Source: Trueperaceae bacterium (GTDB taxonomy: Bacteria; Deinococcota; Deinococci; Deinococcales; Trueperaceae). From it: a DNA stretch of 64,000 nucleotides. Both the position numbers and the translations under genes were made by a program. Of this stretch, positions 29,998-39,385 are shown piece after piece (the stretch's first letter is position 1; the number at the start of each line of letters is the position of its first letter). Location: assembly GCA_965215565.1 (NCBI GenBank), contig CBDCDZ010000004.1:2112001-2176000 (forward strand), given 5' to 3'. The notes beneath the pieces were generated by a model. That model ran no database searches. It saw only the letters and a program-made list of their open reading frames with translations, and was not told where the DNA came from.

Positions 29998-30916
29998 CCG
30001 CGCCATCTTTATAGAGCTTGAGCGCCGCGTAAATAAAGTCGTTCGCGGGCGTCTCGAGGCCGAGTTCATCGCCCAACTTGCTCGCATAGCCGTTGAGCGC
30101 GTCAAGCTCTAAAGGTCTACCTCTCGCCAAGTCCTGCTGCAAGGATGAATGCATTTCAGGGTCTAAGGAGTTGCGGCTGAATTCCAACCTCTCCTCCACA
30201 ATGTCCTCGGGCAGGTCAACCCCTTTGGCTTTCGCCAACGCCGCAATCTCTTCCATTACCTTGCGGTAGAGCGCAGTGGTATCTTCGTCAGCTAAGACTT
30301 GACCGATAGGCTTGCGCGTCAACGCGGTAACGCCGCTAAACGCGCAGATAAAGAGCCACTTCGTCCAGATGACACGCTGAATGTTGTCCTCTAACTCCGC
30401 TTCGACATCTACCGACTTAAACGCCTCTAAAAGCCGCTCAGCGTTCTCCGGCACCTCGCCGTTAAAAGGACCAAACGACAGACGAGCAAAGGGGCTTTTA
30501 TGCGCGATCACACCGGGTTCACTGATTTCCGCTTCGACGTACGCCACGCCGCCAAGTACGTATCCGTCACCCAAGACCTCTTGTAACACCTCTTCGTTCC
30601 CCACACCATTTTGCAAGCTCACGACAACCGCACCGTCTTTGAGGAGCGGTTTAACTTTTTCAGCCGCGTCCTTCGTATCTTGCGACTTAACCGTGAAAAG
30701 TACTGCGTCCACCTCACCGATGTGCTCAGCGTCGTCCGTCACCGGAATCGCCATGATGTCGAAGTCGCCCAGCGTGCTCTTAACCTTGAGACCCTGCTCG
30801 CGCAGCACCTCTAAATGCTCACCTCTCGCGATGAAGTGAACGTCGTTTTCACCTTGCGCCAAGCGCCCCCCGAAGTACCCGCCGACGCCACCGGACCCCA
30901 TGACAGCGATTTTCAT
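29978..30916 (-). CDS. panE: 2-dehydropantoate 2-reductase
   Basis: GSGGVGGYFG, VKS, LQNG, W.K, SSLQQD...GRPLELD. Confidence 0.92.
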   Translation of the reverse strand: MKIAVMGSGGVGGYFGGRLAQGENDVHFIARGEHLEVLREQGLKVKSTLGDFDIMAIPVTDDAEHIGEVDAVLFTVKSQDTKDAAEKVKPLLKDGAVVVSLQNGVGNEEVLQEVLGDGYVLGGVAYVEAEISEPGVIAHKSPFARLSFGPFNGEVPENAERLLEAFKSVDVEAELEDNIQRVIWTKWLFICAFSGVTALTRKPIGQVLADEDTTALYRKVMEEIAALAKAKGVDLPEDIVEERLEFSRNSLDPEMHSSLQQDLARGRPLELDALNGYASKLGDELGLETPANDFIYAALKLYKDGADDDEDE

Positions 30917-30931
30917 TATTATCTCCTTAGA

Positions 30932-31005
30932 GAAGCAAGCAACGAGTTCAAAGCAATGAGCAATGAGTCAAGTCTTTTCACTTTTAACTCGTTGCTCGTT
31001 GCTTC
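30932..31005. repeat. Heptamer (GAGCAAY) palindromic element
   Basis: gaagcaagcaacgagttcaaagcaatgagcaatgagt..actcgttgctcgttgcttc. Confidence 0.75.
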
Positions 31006-31035
31006 GTAATTCGCTCTAGCATACCCTCTTATTCA

Positions 31036-31719
31036 TCACGACATCGGCAGCACGTAGAGCAGCATCAACATAAAATGCGCCGCGCTACCCGCTAACACGA
31101 AGAGGTGCCACAGTTCGTGATAGCCGAACCACTTAGGGTGGAAGTTCGGCTTTTTGAGACCGTAAATGACCGCGCCGACTGAGTAGAGAAGCCCGCCCAG
31201 GACGAGCCAGAATACGCCACCAGCGGGGAGCGATTGGATGATGGGGACGATGGCGATTAGAGCGAGCCAGCCCATTAAGAGGTAGAGCCCGGTGGAGAGC
31301 CAGCGCGGAGCGTCCAGCCACACCAGCTTAAAGACTACGCCCAAGAGCGCAACGCCCCACGCGATGCCGAAGAGCGTCCAGCCTAGCGTCGCGTAGCCCT
31401 CTTGCAAAGTCACTAAAGTAATCGGCGTGTAACTGCCCGCGATAAGCAGGAAAATCGCCGCGTGGTCGAAGAGCTTGAGGTAGCGCCGTCCTTTGGGTCC
31501 AGCGCGTAAGCTATGCAGGAGCGTTGAAGCGGTGTAGAGCAAGATGAGTGTCGCGCCGTAAACCGCGAAGCTCGCGGTGCGCCAGGGCTCGCCCTCGGAC
31601 AAGACGAGCAGCGTGACGAGCCCGATAATGGAGAGCACGATGCCCGCCAAGTGCGTGAGCCCGTTGACGGGCTCGCGGAAGTAGCGTTCTAGCCCTTTGG
31701 GGTGGTCTTCTTTGGTCAT
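31036..31719 (-). CDS. Hemolysin III/PAQR family membrane protein
   Basis: EPVNGLTH, STLLH, DHAAIFLLIAGSYTP, HELWHLFV. Confidence 0.93.
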   Translation of the reverse strand: MTKEDHPKGLERYFREPVNGLTHLAGIVLSIIGLVTLLVLSEGEPWRTASFAVYGATLILLYTASTLLHSLRAGPKGRRYLKLFDHAAIFLLIAGSYTPITLVTLQEGYATLGWTLFGIAWGVALLGVVFKLVWLDAPRWLSTGLYLLMGWLALIAIVPIIQSLPAGGVFWLVLGGLLYSVGAVIYGLKKPNFHPKWFGYHELWHLFVLAGSAAHFMLMLLYVLPMS

Positions 31720-31844
31720 GGTTAAGTTTAGCAGGGGAATGTGAAAAATAACGTGCGGAGTGAGGGGAGGCTCGAGTGAAATAGAGGTCGTGAAAATATA
31801 GCTTGTGAGTGCGGAGCTATTTAGAGAAAGTGGTTACTTCAAAA

Positions 31845-32684
31845 TCAGTTTTCCTGAAGTTCTAGTTCATTCTCAGGGAAATCAGCACTATCTAGGCGTT
31901 GCGCTTTCAATGAGTCCGCTCTCGGAAAAGAAAGTTTACTAAGCTCGATAAAGGCACTCAACCTCTCAATTGCCTCTTGAGTAATTTCGCCTTTAAGCTG
32001 TACTCTAACCTCACAGCTAGATGTGACTTGAAACCTCAGCTCTTTATCACCCCACGCTTCAGCAAGCGGGATAGATTCATTACCAGCAAACTGACGAGAT
32101 TGCCCATCTTGTACAGAGGTGTGTTTAGAAGGGCTTTGGGAAAGTGGTTGCAAAACGGGATTCTTAGACATGGTCTCCATAGGTGCATCTTGTTCTGAAC
32201 TCTCTTCCTTCGTACTCGCACCTTCCTCCTTTACGAATTCGATTGTATCACGGAAAATGCGTAAAACATTAGGAACAGCTTTAGGATTAAAGCCCATCTT
32301 TATCAAGTTAGGAGTTATCACAATGTCGTTAGGTAAGTCCAAACCATACTTTTGAACTAGTTCTTGAAAAATACTTGGCAAGAAAGCGATGCTGCTTACT
32401 GCACTACTACGCTCAGGGCTCTCGAGTGGATAGATCAATATATCTTGTGCTGTTTCACTCACCTTTAATTCATCGCCTTCTGGTTCTAGCAAATTGTACT
32501 TTTGTAGAGCGGACATAACACTATTGGAAGTTCCGTTGAGCCCACCGTAACCAAGGATTCTAGCAATGGCTTCTTTACTTGCTGAATGCATTTGAACTTC
32601 TCTATGAATCATCTTAGTTTTTTCAACAGCTTCTCTTAGACTTAGCGACGGATAGTTAGGGCTGCGCGTTACCTTTTTTGACAC
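31845..32684 (-). CDS. Hypothetical protein, AT-rich, possible N-terminal winged helix
   Basis: RSPNYPSLSLREAV..IARILGY..SALQKYNLLE..LKVS. GTG start with GGAGG. Visibly lower GC than the flanks. Confidence 0.8.
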   Translation of the reverse strand: MSKKVTRSPNYPSLSLREAVEKTKMIHREVQMHSASKEAIARILGYGGLNGTSNSVMSALQKYNLLEPEGDELKVSETAQDILIYPLESPERSSAVSSIAFLPSIFQELVQKYGLDLPNDIVITPNLIKMGFNPKAVPNVLRIFRDTIEFVKEEGASTKEESSEQDAPMETMSKNPVLQPLSQSPSKHTSVQDGQSRQFAGNESIPLAEAWGDKELRFQVTSSCEVRVQLKGEITQEAIERLSAFIELSKLSFPRADSLKAQRLDSADFPENELELQEN

Positions 32685-32800
32685 GGTCAACCTCCAGTAC
32701 AACTATCATATACAACCGCTAACGCCGTGTCAAACCTTAACGCGATATATAGTAAGTTAAACACGCAGATGAGGCTATACTATTTTTGAGTTAGGGCTTG

Positions 32801-32827
32801 ACTTTAACTAGTTAGTTGAGTTAAAGT
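32801..32827. promoter_or_regulatory. 9-9-9 inverted repeat, candidate operator
   Basis: ACTTTAACT-N9-AGTTAAAGT immediately before the extended -10 TGCTACACT (32828-32836). Confidence 0.5.
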
Positions 32828-32893
32828 TGCTACACTGAAGGAAGGAGCACGCGGCTTAATAAAGTTTCAAGGTGGCTTCAGTGGTTAAAATAC

Positions 32894-32925
32894 AAAAAAA
32901 AGAGACGGTCACAAAAGTGACCGTC
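32894..32925 (-). terminator. Terminator-like hairpin antisense to the NYN leader
   Basis: Plus-strand A8 + GACGGTCAC-aaaa-GTGACCGTC. Confidence 0.6.
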
Positions 32926-32990
32926 GGGTCTAGGGCTATTCACCCTAGGGCTGTTATGGCTATTCTACAGCACGAATAGAGGTAAATCAA

Positions 32991-33611
32991 GTGGCACATC
33001 ACAACTATGAACGAGTCATTGTCTATGTAGATGGTTTTAACCTCTATTTTGGCATCAGAGAAAACCTTCCCCGAAGCTACAGATGGCTTGACCTGAATGC
33101 TTCCGCGAAGAAGCTCCTCAAGTCCAATCAGAAGCTCGTAGACGTTCGCTACTTCACGGCACGCATTTCGCGACCTATTCAGAAGCAGCAGCGTCAGGAA
33201 ACATATCTTCAAGCACTTGCAGCGGTTGGAGGCTGCACACTGCATTTTGGCGATTATAGAGATAGGTCGAAAACCTGTAGAAAGTGCGGTAACATGCTCT
33301 ACATCCCTGAAGAGAAGATGACGGATGTAAAAATTGCAGTGGAGATGTTAGCTGACGCATATAAAAATCAGTTTGACACAGCCCTACTCATCTCAGGTGA
33401 CACAGACATTGTTCCACCTATAACCAAAATTCGAGAGCTATTTCCAAACAAACGGGTTATCGTAGCCTTTCCTCCAAAACGTTTTAATAATGAGCTAAAA
33501 CAGGTAGCTCACGGATTCATTCGTGTTCGCCGTAGCACTTTGGTTCAGTTACCAGAACAAATCACGAAGAGTGACGGTTACACACTTTCCCGTCCTAGCA
33601 CATGGCGCTGA
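32991..33611 (+). CDS. NYN domain (LabA/DUF88, PIN-like) ribonuclease
   Basis: VYVDGFNLY, RYFTA, CRKCG insert, EEKMTDV, LISGDTD; AT-rich. Confidence 0.9.
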   Translation: MAHHNYERVIVYVDGFNLYFGIRENLPRSYRWLDLNASAKKLLKSNQKLVDVRYFTARISRPIQKQQRQETYLQALAAVGGCTLHFGDYRDRSKTCRKCGNMLYIPEEKMTDVKIAVEMLADAYKNQFDTALLISGDTDIVPPITKIRELFPNKRVIVAFPPKRFNNELKQVAHGFIRVRRSTLVQLPEQITKSDGYTLSRPSTWR

Positions 33612-33633
33612 TATTTTGGTAACGCAAAGTCAA

Positions 33634-34470
33634 CTATTCCTCCCCACCCGTCTCCACCGGCGTATCCTCATACGAACTCCAGTCACTCCAAGACCCCACA
33701 TAGAGCTTCGCGCCCACAACACCCACCTCTTCTAATGCCAAGAGGTTATTCGCCGCGCTCACCCCCGAGCCGCAGTAGACGATGACCTCTTCAGCTTCAC
33801 TAGCGTTTGCAAAGCGCTCTTCAAGTGCGTCTTTATCTTTGAGCTTGCCGTTTTTATAGTTTCCGGCAAAGGGTATATTTTGGGCTGAAGGAATGTGTCC
33901 GGCTTTTTTGTCCAGCGGCTCTTCATCGCCTCTATAGCGCTCCGCTCCACGTGAATCAATCAAGACCGTGCTCGAGTCTCCCAACTTCCGCTTAACCTCT
34001 CCCATATCGGCAATCATCTCAGGATTCGGGCGCGGGGTGAAGGTTGCAGCTTCGCGGTGCGGGAGTTCGGCGGTGGTGTCAAAACCCGCCTCTTGCCACG
34101 CGGAGAGTCCACCGTCCAAGACCTTGACGTCGTCGTGTCCCAAAAACTTGAGTAGCCACCACATCCGCCCGGCAAAGACGTTCATGGTGTCGTCGTATAT
34201 GGCAACTGTTGTGTCGTCACCGATGCCAGCAAGCTCGAGCTTCCTCACCAACCCATCCACCTCGGGTAAAGGATGCCGCCCGCCGTGCGCTTGTGGTGGC
34301 GAGGAGAGGTCTTTGTCCAAATCGAAGTAGACCGCGCCGGGGATGTGCGCTTCTTTGAAAAGCTTATGTCCCTCTGTTGGGTCTTGGAGGTTGAAACGGG
34401 TGTCTACGATGATGAGATTTGAGTCGTTCAAACAGTTTTTGAGGTCTTGTGCGCTGATAAAGTTTTTCAT
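33634..34470 (-). CDS. Sulfurtransferase (double rhodanese, SseA-like)
   Basis: HIPGAVYFD, GRHPLP, LDGG, GHIP, YCGSGV, YVGSWSDW. Confidence 0.93.
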   Translation of the reverse strand: MKNFISAQDLKNCLNDSNLIIVDTRFNLQDPTEGHKLFKEAHIPGAVYFDLDKDLSSPPQAHGGRHPLPEVDGLVRKLELAGIGDDTTVAIYDDTMNVFAGRMWWLLKFLGHDDVKVLDGGLSAWQEAGFDTTAELPHREAATFTPRPNPEMIADMGEVKRKLGDSSTVLIDSRGAERYRGDEEPLDKKAGHIPSAQNIPFAGNYKNGKLKDKDALEERFANASEAEEVIVYCGSGVSAANNLLALEEVGVVGAKLYVGSWSDWSSYEDTPVETGGEE

Positions 34471-34524
34471 GCTCTGAGTCTAATACGCGCCGCGTTTACA
34501 TTCGTGTTGTCAGGCTAAACTAAA

Positions 34525-35325
34525 GTGATGCGCATCGAGAGTCCCAAGAACGCACAGGTTAAAGCGCTCGTCAAGCTGCGTGAGCGGCGGACGAGGGAGC
34601 GGGAGAAACGCTATCTGATTGAAGGGGCGAGGGAGGTGGGGCGAGCACTGAGCGCGGGAGTTGAACTAGAACGGCTTTACATCTGTGAGGACTTTTTGAA
34701 CGCTGAGGGGGAAGAGGTATTGGCAAGGGCTGATTACCTAGAACGCATCCACCTCTCCGACATCGCCTTTCAAAAGGTCAGCTACCGAGATACCCCCGAC
34801 GGACTTCTCGCTGTTGCGCCGCTGCGCGAGACCTCTTTGGAGTCTTTGAAAGTTAAACCCAACGCGCTTTTTTTGGTGGTGGTGGGGCTCGAGAAACCCG
34901 GCAACCTGGGCGCACTCCTGCGCACCGCCGACGGTGTAGACGTGGACGCCGTGTTCGTCACAGGCGCAGGTACAGACCTCACCAACCCAAACGTCATTCG
35001 CGCGTCGATGGGAAGCGTGTTTAGTCGTCCGGTGCTGAAGGTTGAAACGGATGAATTACTTGCTTGGTTGAGGGAGAATCACATTAATATCGTCGCGACG
35101 ACGCCGCACACCGAGACGAGTTATTGGGACGCTGACTTTTGCAACGCAGTTGCAATTGTTTTAGGGGCGGAGCATGAAGGGTTGTCGGAAGGGTGGCTAG
35201 AAGCGGCGCAGAGCCGCGTGTCTATCCCGATGCGTGGCTTAGCCGACAGTTTGAACGTGGGAACAGCGGGAGCGCTTTTGCTCTACGAGGCGGTGCGCCA
35301 AAGACGAGCGTCCTCAACCTCTTGA
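34525..35325 (+). CDS. TrmH/SpoU family RNA methyltransferase
   Basis: EKPGNLGALLRTAD, GAEHEGLS, IPMRG..SLNV. Confidence 0.94.
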   Translation: MMRIESPKNAQVKALVKLRERRTREREKRYLIEGAREVGRALSAGVELERLYICEDFLNAEGEEVLARADYLERIHLSDIAFQKVSYRDTPDGLLAVAPLRETSLESLKVKPNALFLVVVGLEKPGNLGALLRTADGVDVDAVFVTGAGTDLTNPNVIRASMGSVFSRPVLKVETDELLAWLRENHINIVATTPHTETSYWDADFCNAVAIVLGAEHEGLSEGWLEAAQSRVSIPMRGLADSLNVGTAGALLLYEAVRQRRASSTS

Positions 35326-35702
35326 GCCGTAGTCCGAGTTTGCACACTGCCGAGCAACCCTTCAACCGTCGCCGCAATCTCGCCAACGATTGGATTACTG
35401 AGAACAACCTTTGCGCTGACGAGTTGCGCGGCGCTCTGCTCACGAAAATCCGAAAGCGTACTCGTCATAACGACGGGAAGATGGTAATACTCCAGTAAAC
35501 AGCGCAATTTCTCGCACGTACCAAGACCGCTCACCATGAACATGTCCGCGTCTAAGATGAGTAAGTCCGGGGTGCGCCGTCCGAGACTTTGAAGCGTCCC
35601 CCGTCCATCCTCAGCCGTTGCCACCTCGTACCCTAAATCTTCTAAGCAGGTCACGAGCGCAAGAGGTAAGGGGTTGGCGGCAAGGAGAATCGTCGCTGAC
35701 AT
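35283..35702 (-). CDS. Stand-alone atypical receiver domain
   Basis: GYEV.TAEDG, PDLLILD, LPVVMTS. Lacks the N-terminal acidic pair and the conserved Lys. Confidence 0.65.
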   Translation of the reverse strand: MSATILLAANPLPLALVTCLEDLGYEVATAEDGRGTLQSLGRRTPDLLILDADMFMVSGLGTCEKLRCLLEYYHLPVVMTSTLSDFREQSAAQLVSAKVVLSNPIVGEIAATVEGLLGSVQTRTTAQEVEDARLWRTAS

Positions 35703-35996
35703 GGTTCTAGGGTAAGATTTGGATAGAAACCCACAGCTACGAAATGTCACAAAGCGCGTTACAAAGGGGAAAAGTCACACGTTGAGGAACTGTAGCGTGT
35801 GTTGCGGTGGAGCGGTGTGCTCAGGGGCGCTTAGGCGCGAGTCAACCACGTTGGAAAAGTCACAGAAGGAGGTGAATGCAGTACTCACTATTGTTTATGT
35901 CGCGCGATTCCTCTACTCGTTGAGATGACACGGGCACAACGCGCAACGTTGCGGCGGGCTAAGAAGTTGAAGAGGTATAGCGCGTAAAATAGAAGC

Positions 35997-36884
35997 ATGA
36001 TACGGCACGCATTAGTCCAGTTTAAGCCGCATAAAGGCAGGCTCGAGCCCAACTTAGCGCGTCTCGGCGGCATCCTCGAAGACCTCAAAGGCGAAGAGGT
36101 TGACGTGCTCACCCTGCCTGAAACGGCGCTTTCGGGTTACTTCTTGCAGGCGGGCGTGCGCGAGCAAGCCCTCACCGCTAGGCATCTTTTTGACCTCTTG
36201 AAAGAGACGCTTGAAGAAGCGAGGTGGAGCGCACCTTTGGACATCTGCTTAGGTTTTTACGAACGCGACGGCGGCGACTTCTACAACAGCTCGCTCTACG
36301 CGGAGTTCGGTACGGAGAATGAGGGCATTCGGCACGTCCATAGGAAGATGTTTTTACCGACCTACGGAGTTTTTGATGAAGAGCGGTATGTCTCGAGGGG
36401 CGCTCACCTAGACGCCTTCGACACGCGCTTTGGACGCGCGGGGCTCCTCATCTGCGAGGACGCTTGGCACGCGAGCACAGCGGCTGTTCTTGCGCTCAAG
36501 GGCGCAGATATTCTCTACATCCCCACAGCGAGTCCGGCGAGGGACTTCACCGCTGAACACGCTGGACAAAAAGGCGTCCCGAGCAACGCGCAACGCTGGA
36601 AAGATACCGCCAAGGGCATCGCCGCCGAGCATGGGGTTTACGTGCTCACCACATGCTTAACGGGTTTTGAAGGGGGCAAAGGCTTTATGGGGATGTCGCA
36701 TGGGATGGACCCTTACGGTACGGAAGTCGCGGAAGCGCCGCTTTTTGACGAGTGCGTGTTGCTCACGGAGGTACATTTAGAAAGCATCCAAGCCGCCCGC
36801 TACGAGAGCCCTTTACTCGCCGATTTACGCGCTAACTTGCCCGAACTCGTCAGAGCGTTTAGCGAAGTGGGAGCGAAACCGTGA
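35997..36884 (+). CDS. Nitrilase-family carbon-nitrogen hydrolase (probable glutaminase partner of NadE)
   Basis: Catalytic E-K-C: LPE, HRKMFLPTYGVFDE.RY, ICED.W. Overlaps the nadE start. Confidence 0.88.
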   Translation: MIRHALVQFKPHKGRLEPNLARLGGILEDLKGEEVDVLTLPETALSGYFLQAGVREQALTARHLFDLLKETLEEARWSAPLDICLGFYERDGGDFYNSSLYAEFGTENEGIRHVHRKMFLPTYGVFDEERYVSRGAHLDAFDTRFGRAGLLICEDAWHASTAAVLALKGADILYIPTASPARDFTAEHAGQKGVPSNAQRWKDTAKGIAAEHGVYVLTTCLTGFEGGKGFMGMSHGMDPYGTEVAEAPLFDECVLLTEVHLESIQAARYESPLLADLRANLPELVRAFSEVGAKP

Positions 36885-37756
36885 GCCAGACTTTACCTAA
36901 AGAACGCACCACCGTTATCCGCGCGAACGGCAGACCACAGAAGAGCTTGGACATTGACTTAGACACCGTTACGGACTTTCTCATCGCATTTTTACGCGAT
37001 GAGGTCAGGCGGCGTAAAGGCTTTGAGAAGGTTGTGGTGGCACTTTCGGGTGGCGTAGACAGCGCCGTGACGACGTATTTATCCGCGAAGGCGCTAGGAC
37101 CGAAAAACGTTTACGCGCTCCGCCTACCTTATGAGACTTCACATTCTGACTCCTTAGACCACGCGCAACTCGTGATCGACGACTTAGGCATCCACGCCGA
37201 GACGATTGACATCACGGACGCAGTAGACGGCTACACTGCCAAAATTCCGACTATGAACGCGCACCGCAAGGGTAACGTGATGGCGCGGCAGCGTATGATC
37301 ATCGCCTTTGATAAGTCCTTTGAATACAACGCCGTGCCCGTTGGCACGAGCAACAAGACCGAGCGGCTCTTCGGCTACTATACCTGGCACGACGTCGCGG
37401 ACGCTGCGCCCGTGAATCCTCTAGGCGACCTCTTCAAAACGCAGGTTAAAGCGCTCGCGAAGCATCTCGGTGTACCCGAAGAGATTATCGGCAAAGCGCC
37501 CTCGGCGGACCTCATCCCCGGACAATCCGACGAGGACGATTTGGGAATTTCGTACGAACGCGCGGACAAGATTTTGCTGCATCACCTCTCGGGCTACGAG
37601 GACGCCTACATCTGCTCGCTAGGCTTTGAGCAAAACGAGATTGATTTGGTCAAGCGTAAAGTCGCTAAAACGCACTGGAAGCGCGAACTTCCGATTAGCG
37701 CGATGGTCTCGGGAACGGCGATCAACGAGTTTTACCTGCGTCCGGTGGACTACTAG
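36881..37756 (+). CDS. nadE: NAD+ synthetase
   Basis: SGGVDSA, NVMARQRM, GTSNKTE, DLFKTQV, KAPSADL..QSDE. Confidence 0.96.
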   Translation: MSQTLPKERTTVIRANGRPQKSLDIDLDTVTDFLIAFLRDEVRRRKGFEKVVVALSGGVDSAVTTYLSAKALGPKNVYALRLPYETSHSDSLDHAQLVIDDLGIHAETIDITDAVDGYTAKIPTMNAHRKGNVMARQRMIIAFDKSFEYNAVPVGTSNKTERLFGYYTWHDVADAAPVNPLGDLFKTQVKALAKHLGVPEEIIGKAPSADLIPGQSDEDDLGISYERADKILLHHLSGYEDAYICSLGFEQNEIDLVKRKVAKTHWKRELPISAMVSGTAINEFYLRPVDY

Positions 37757-37760
37757 TGCG

Positions 37761-38126
37761 ATGAATCCAACGGGCTTTATCGCATTTTATCCTTGCCACG
37801 ACCTCGCGGCGACGACGGACTTTTACACACGGGACTTAGGATTGACGCTCGCCCGCGACCAAAAGAGTTGCGTCATTTTCAAAGTCGCTAGCGAAGCGTA
37901 CGTAGGCTTTTGTCAGCACGAGGGCGAGATTCCTCGTCACCAGGGCGTCATCATCACGCTTCTTACGGATGAGGTGGACGAGGTGTATCAGCGCTTCTTG
38001 CGCCTCAATATCGAAACGGAAGGCAAACCTAAAGAGAACGACTCGTTTGGTATCTATCACTTCTTTGCGCGTGACCCGGATGGGTATCGGCTCGAGCTGC
38101 AACGCTTCAACGAGCCCTTGGAGTGA
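37761..38126 (+). CDS. VOC/glyoxalase family protein
   Basis: DL..TTDFYT..LGL, FFARDPDGYRLELQ. Confidence 0.88.
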   Translation: MNPTGFIAFYPCHDLAATTDFYTRDLGLTLARDQKSCVIFKVASEAYVGFCQHEGEIPRHQGVIITLLTDEVDEVYQRFLRLNIETEGKPKENDSFGIYHFFARDPDGYRLELQRFNEPLE

Positions 38127-38127
38127 G

Positions 38128-38313
38128 ATGGACCCGCAACCTCTTAAACCTTTCAACAAGTTCGTCGTCGTCGCCATCGTCATCCTCTCGGCGATCGGTT
38201 TTCTAAACGAACTCTACCTGGGCAACCCGCCCAACGTTTTCTTGCTGATTTTGCTCTTCGCCGTCTTCGCCACCTCGACCTTCTTCTTACTCCGCACAGA
38301 AGGAATGCTTTAA
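38128..38313 (+). CDS. Small 2-TM membrane protein
   Basis: 61 aa with two hydrophobic segments, directly following the VOC gene. Confidence 0.6.
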   Translation: MDPQPLKPFNKFVVVAIVILSAIGFLNELYLGNPPNVFLLILLFAVFATSTFFLLRTEGML

Positions 38314-38326
38314 GGGATGCTCTAGC

Positions 38327-38486
<160 letters not shown>

Positions 38487-38494
<8 letters not shown>

Positions 38495-38903
38495 ATGCGT
38501 GTTCTGCCAAATTTTAGCGGGCGAAGTTACAGCGAGTTTCGTCTACCAGGATGCAGAGACAGCCGCGTTTCTGAGCCTCGAGCAACCCAACCCCTACAAA
38601 GTCCTCGTCGTCTTGCGCGAACACGTCGAAACCCTTTATGACCTCTTGGACGACCAGGCGGCGTGGCTGTTTCAGACGGTAGTCAGAGTCTCGCGGGCGA
38701 TCAAAGAGGTCTCAGGCTGTGAAGGGCTCAACGTGGTGCAGTCCAACGAGCGAGCGGGGCAACAAGACGTTTTTCATGTCCACATCCACCTCATGCCGCG
38801 CTGGACAGGTGACAATGTTGCGCTCGAGTGGGACAACGCGCCAGCCTCCAAAAACGAACTGGACAAACTCGCCGCCGAACTTCGCTCTTTCTTCGAGACT
38901 TGA
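38487..38903 (+). CDS. HIT family hydrolase
   Basis: [15 protein letters not shown] triad; GTG start. Confidence 0.92.
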
Positions 38904-38950
38904 CCTCTCTCCTAACGCTCCTTCAACACATTTTGCGCTACCCTAAAGAG

Positions 38951-39385
38951 GTGAGCAAACCGCCGCAGGCAGATTCGTACGTGGATTACAGCCATGAGAT
39001 GCGCCTCTCCACCAATCCCGCAGTGCGGGCACTCTGGCTTATTCTCGGTCTACTCTTTACAGGTTTGGGCGTCGTCGGCGCATTTTTGCCCGTCATGCCC
39101 ACGACTGTTTTCTTGCTCATCGCCGCCTTTTTCTTCGCGCGGAGCAGCCCTAAGTTCTACAACTGGCTCCTCAATAACCGCGCTTTCGGTCCGCTCATTC
39201 GCGATTGGCGCTCGGGGCTCGGCTTACCACTTAGAGCAAAGGTGTTAGCGGTGTCGCTGATTGCGGTGAGCGTGGGCTCGAGCATCCTCTTCGTCTCCCT
39301 CTTATGGGTTCAACTCATGCTCGCGTTTATTGGTTTCGGCGTCAGCACCTACCTCTTGACCAGACCGACCAAACGCACCTCATGA
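38951..39385 (+). CDS. YbaN/DUF454 family membrane protein
   Basis: GVVGAFLPVMPTTVFLL..FARSS..FGPLIRDW. Confidence 0.88.
   Translation: MSKPPQADSYVDYSHEMRLSTNPAVRALWLILGLLFTGLGVVGAFLPVMPTTVFLLIAAFFFARSSPKFYNWLLNNRAFGPLIRDWRSGLGLPLRAKVLAVSLIAVSVGSSILFVSLLWVQLMLAFIGFGVSTYLLTRPTKRTS

Noticed and set aside
32801..32827. Possible CIRCE element, given hrcA in the window
   Set aside because: It has 9-9-9 spacing but the arms do not resemble TTAGCACTC; no CIRCE was seen upstream of hrcA either.
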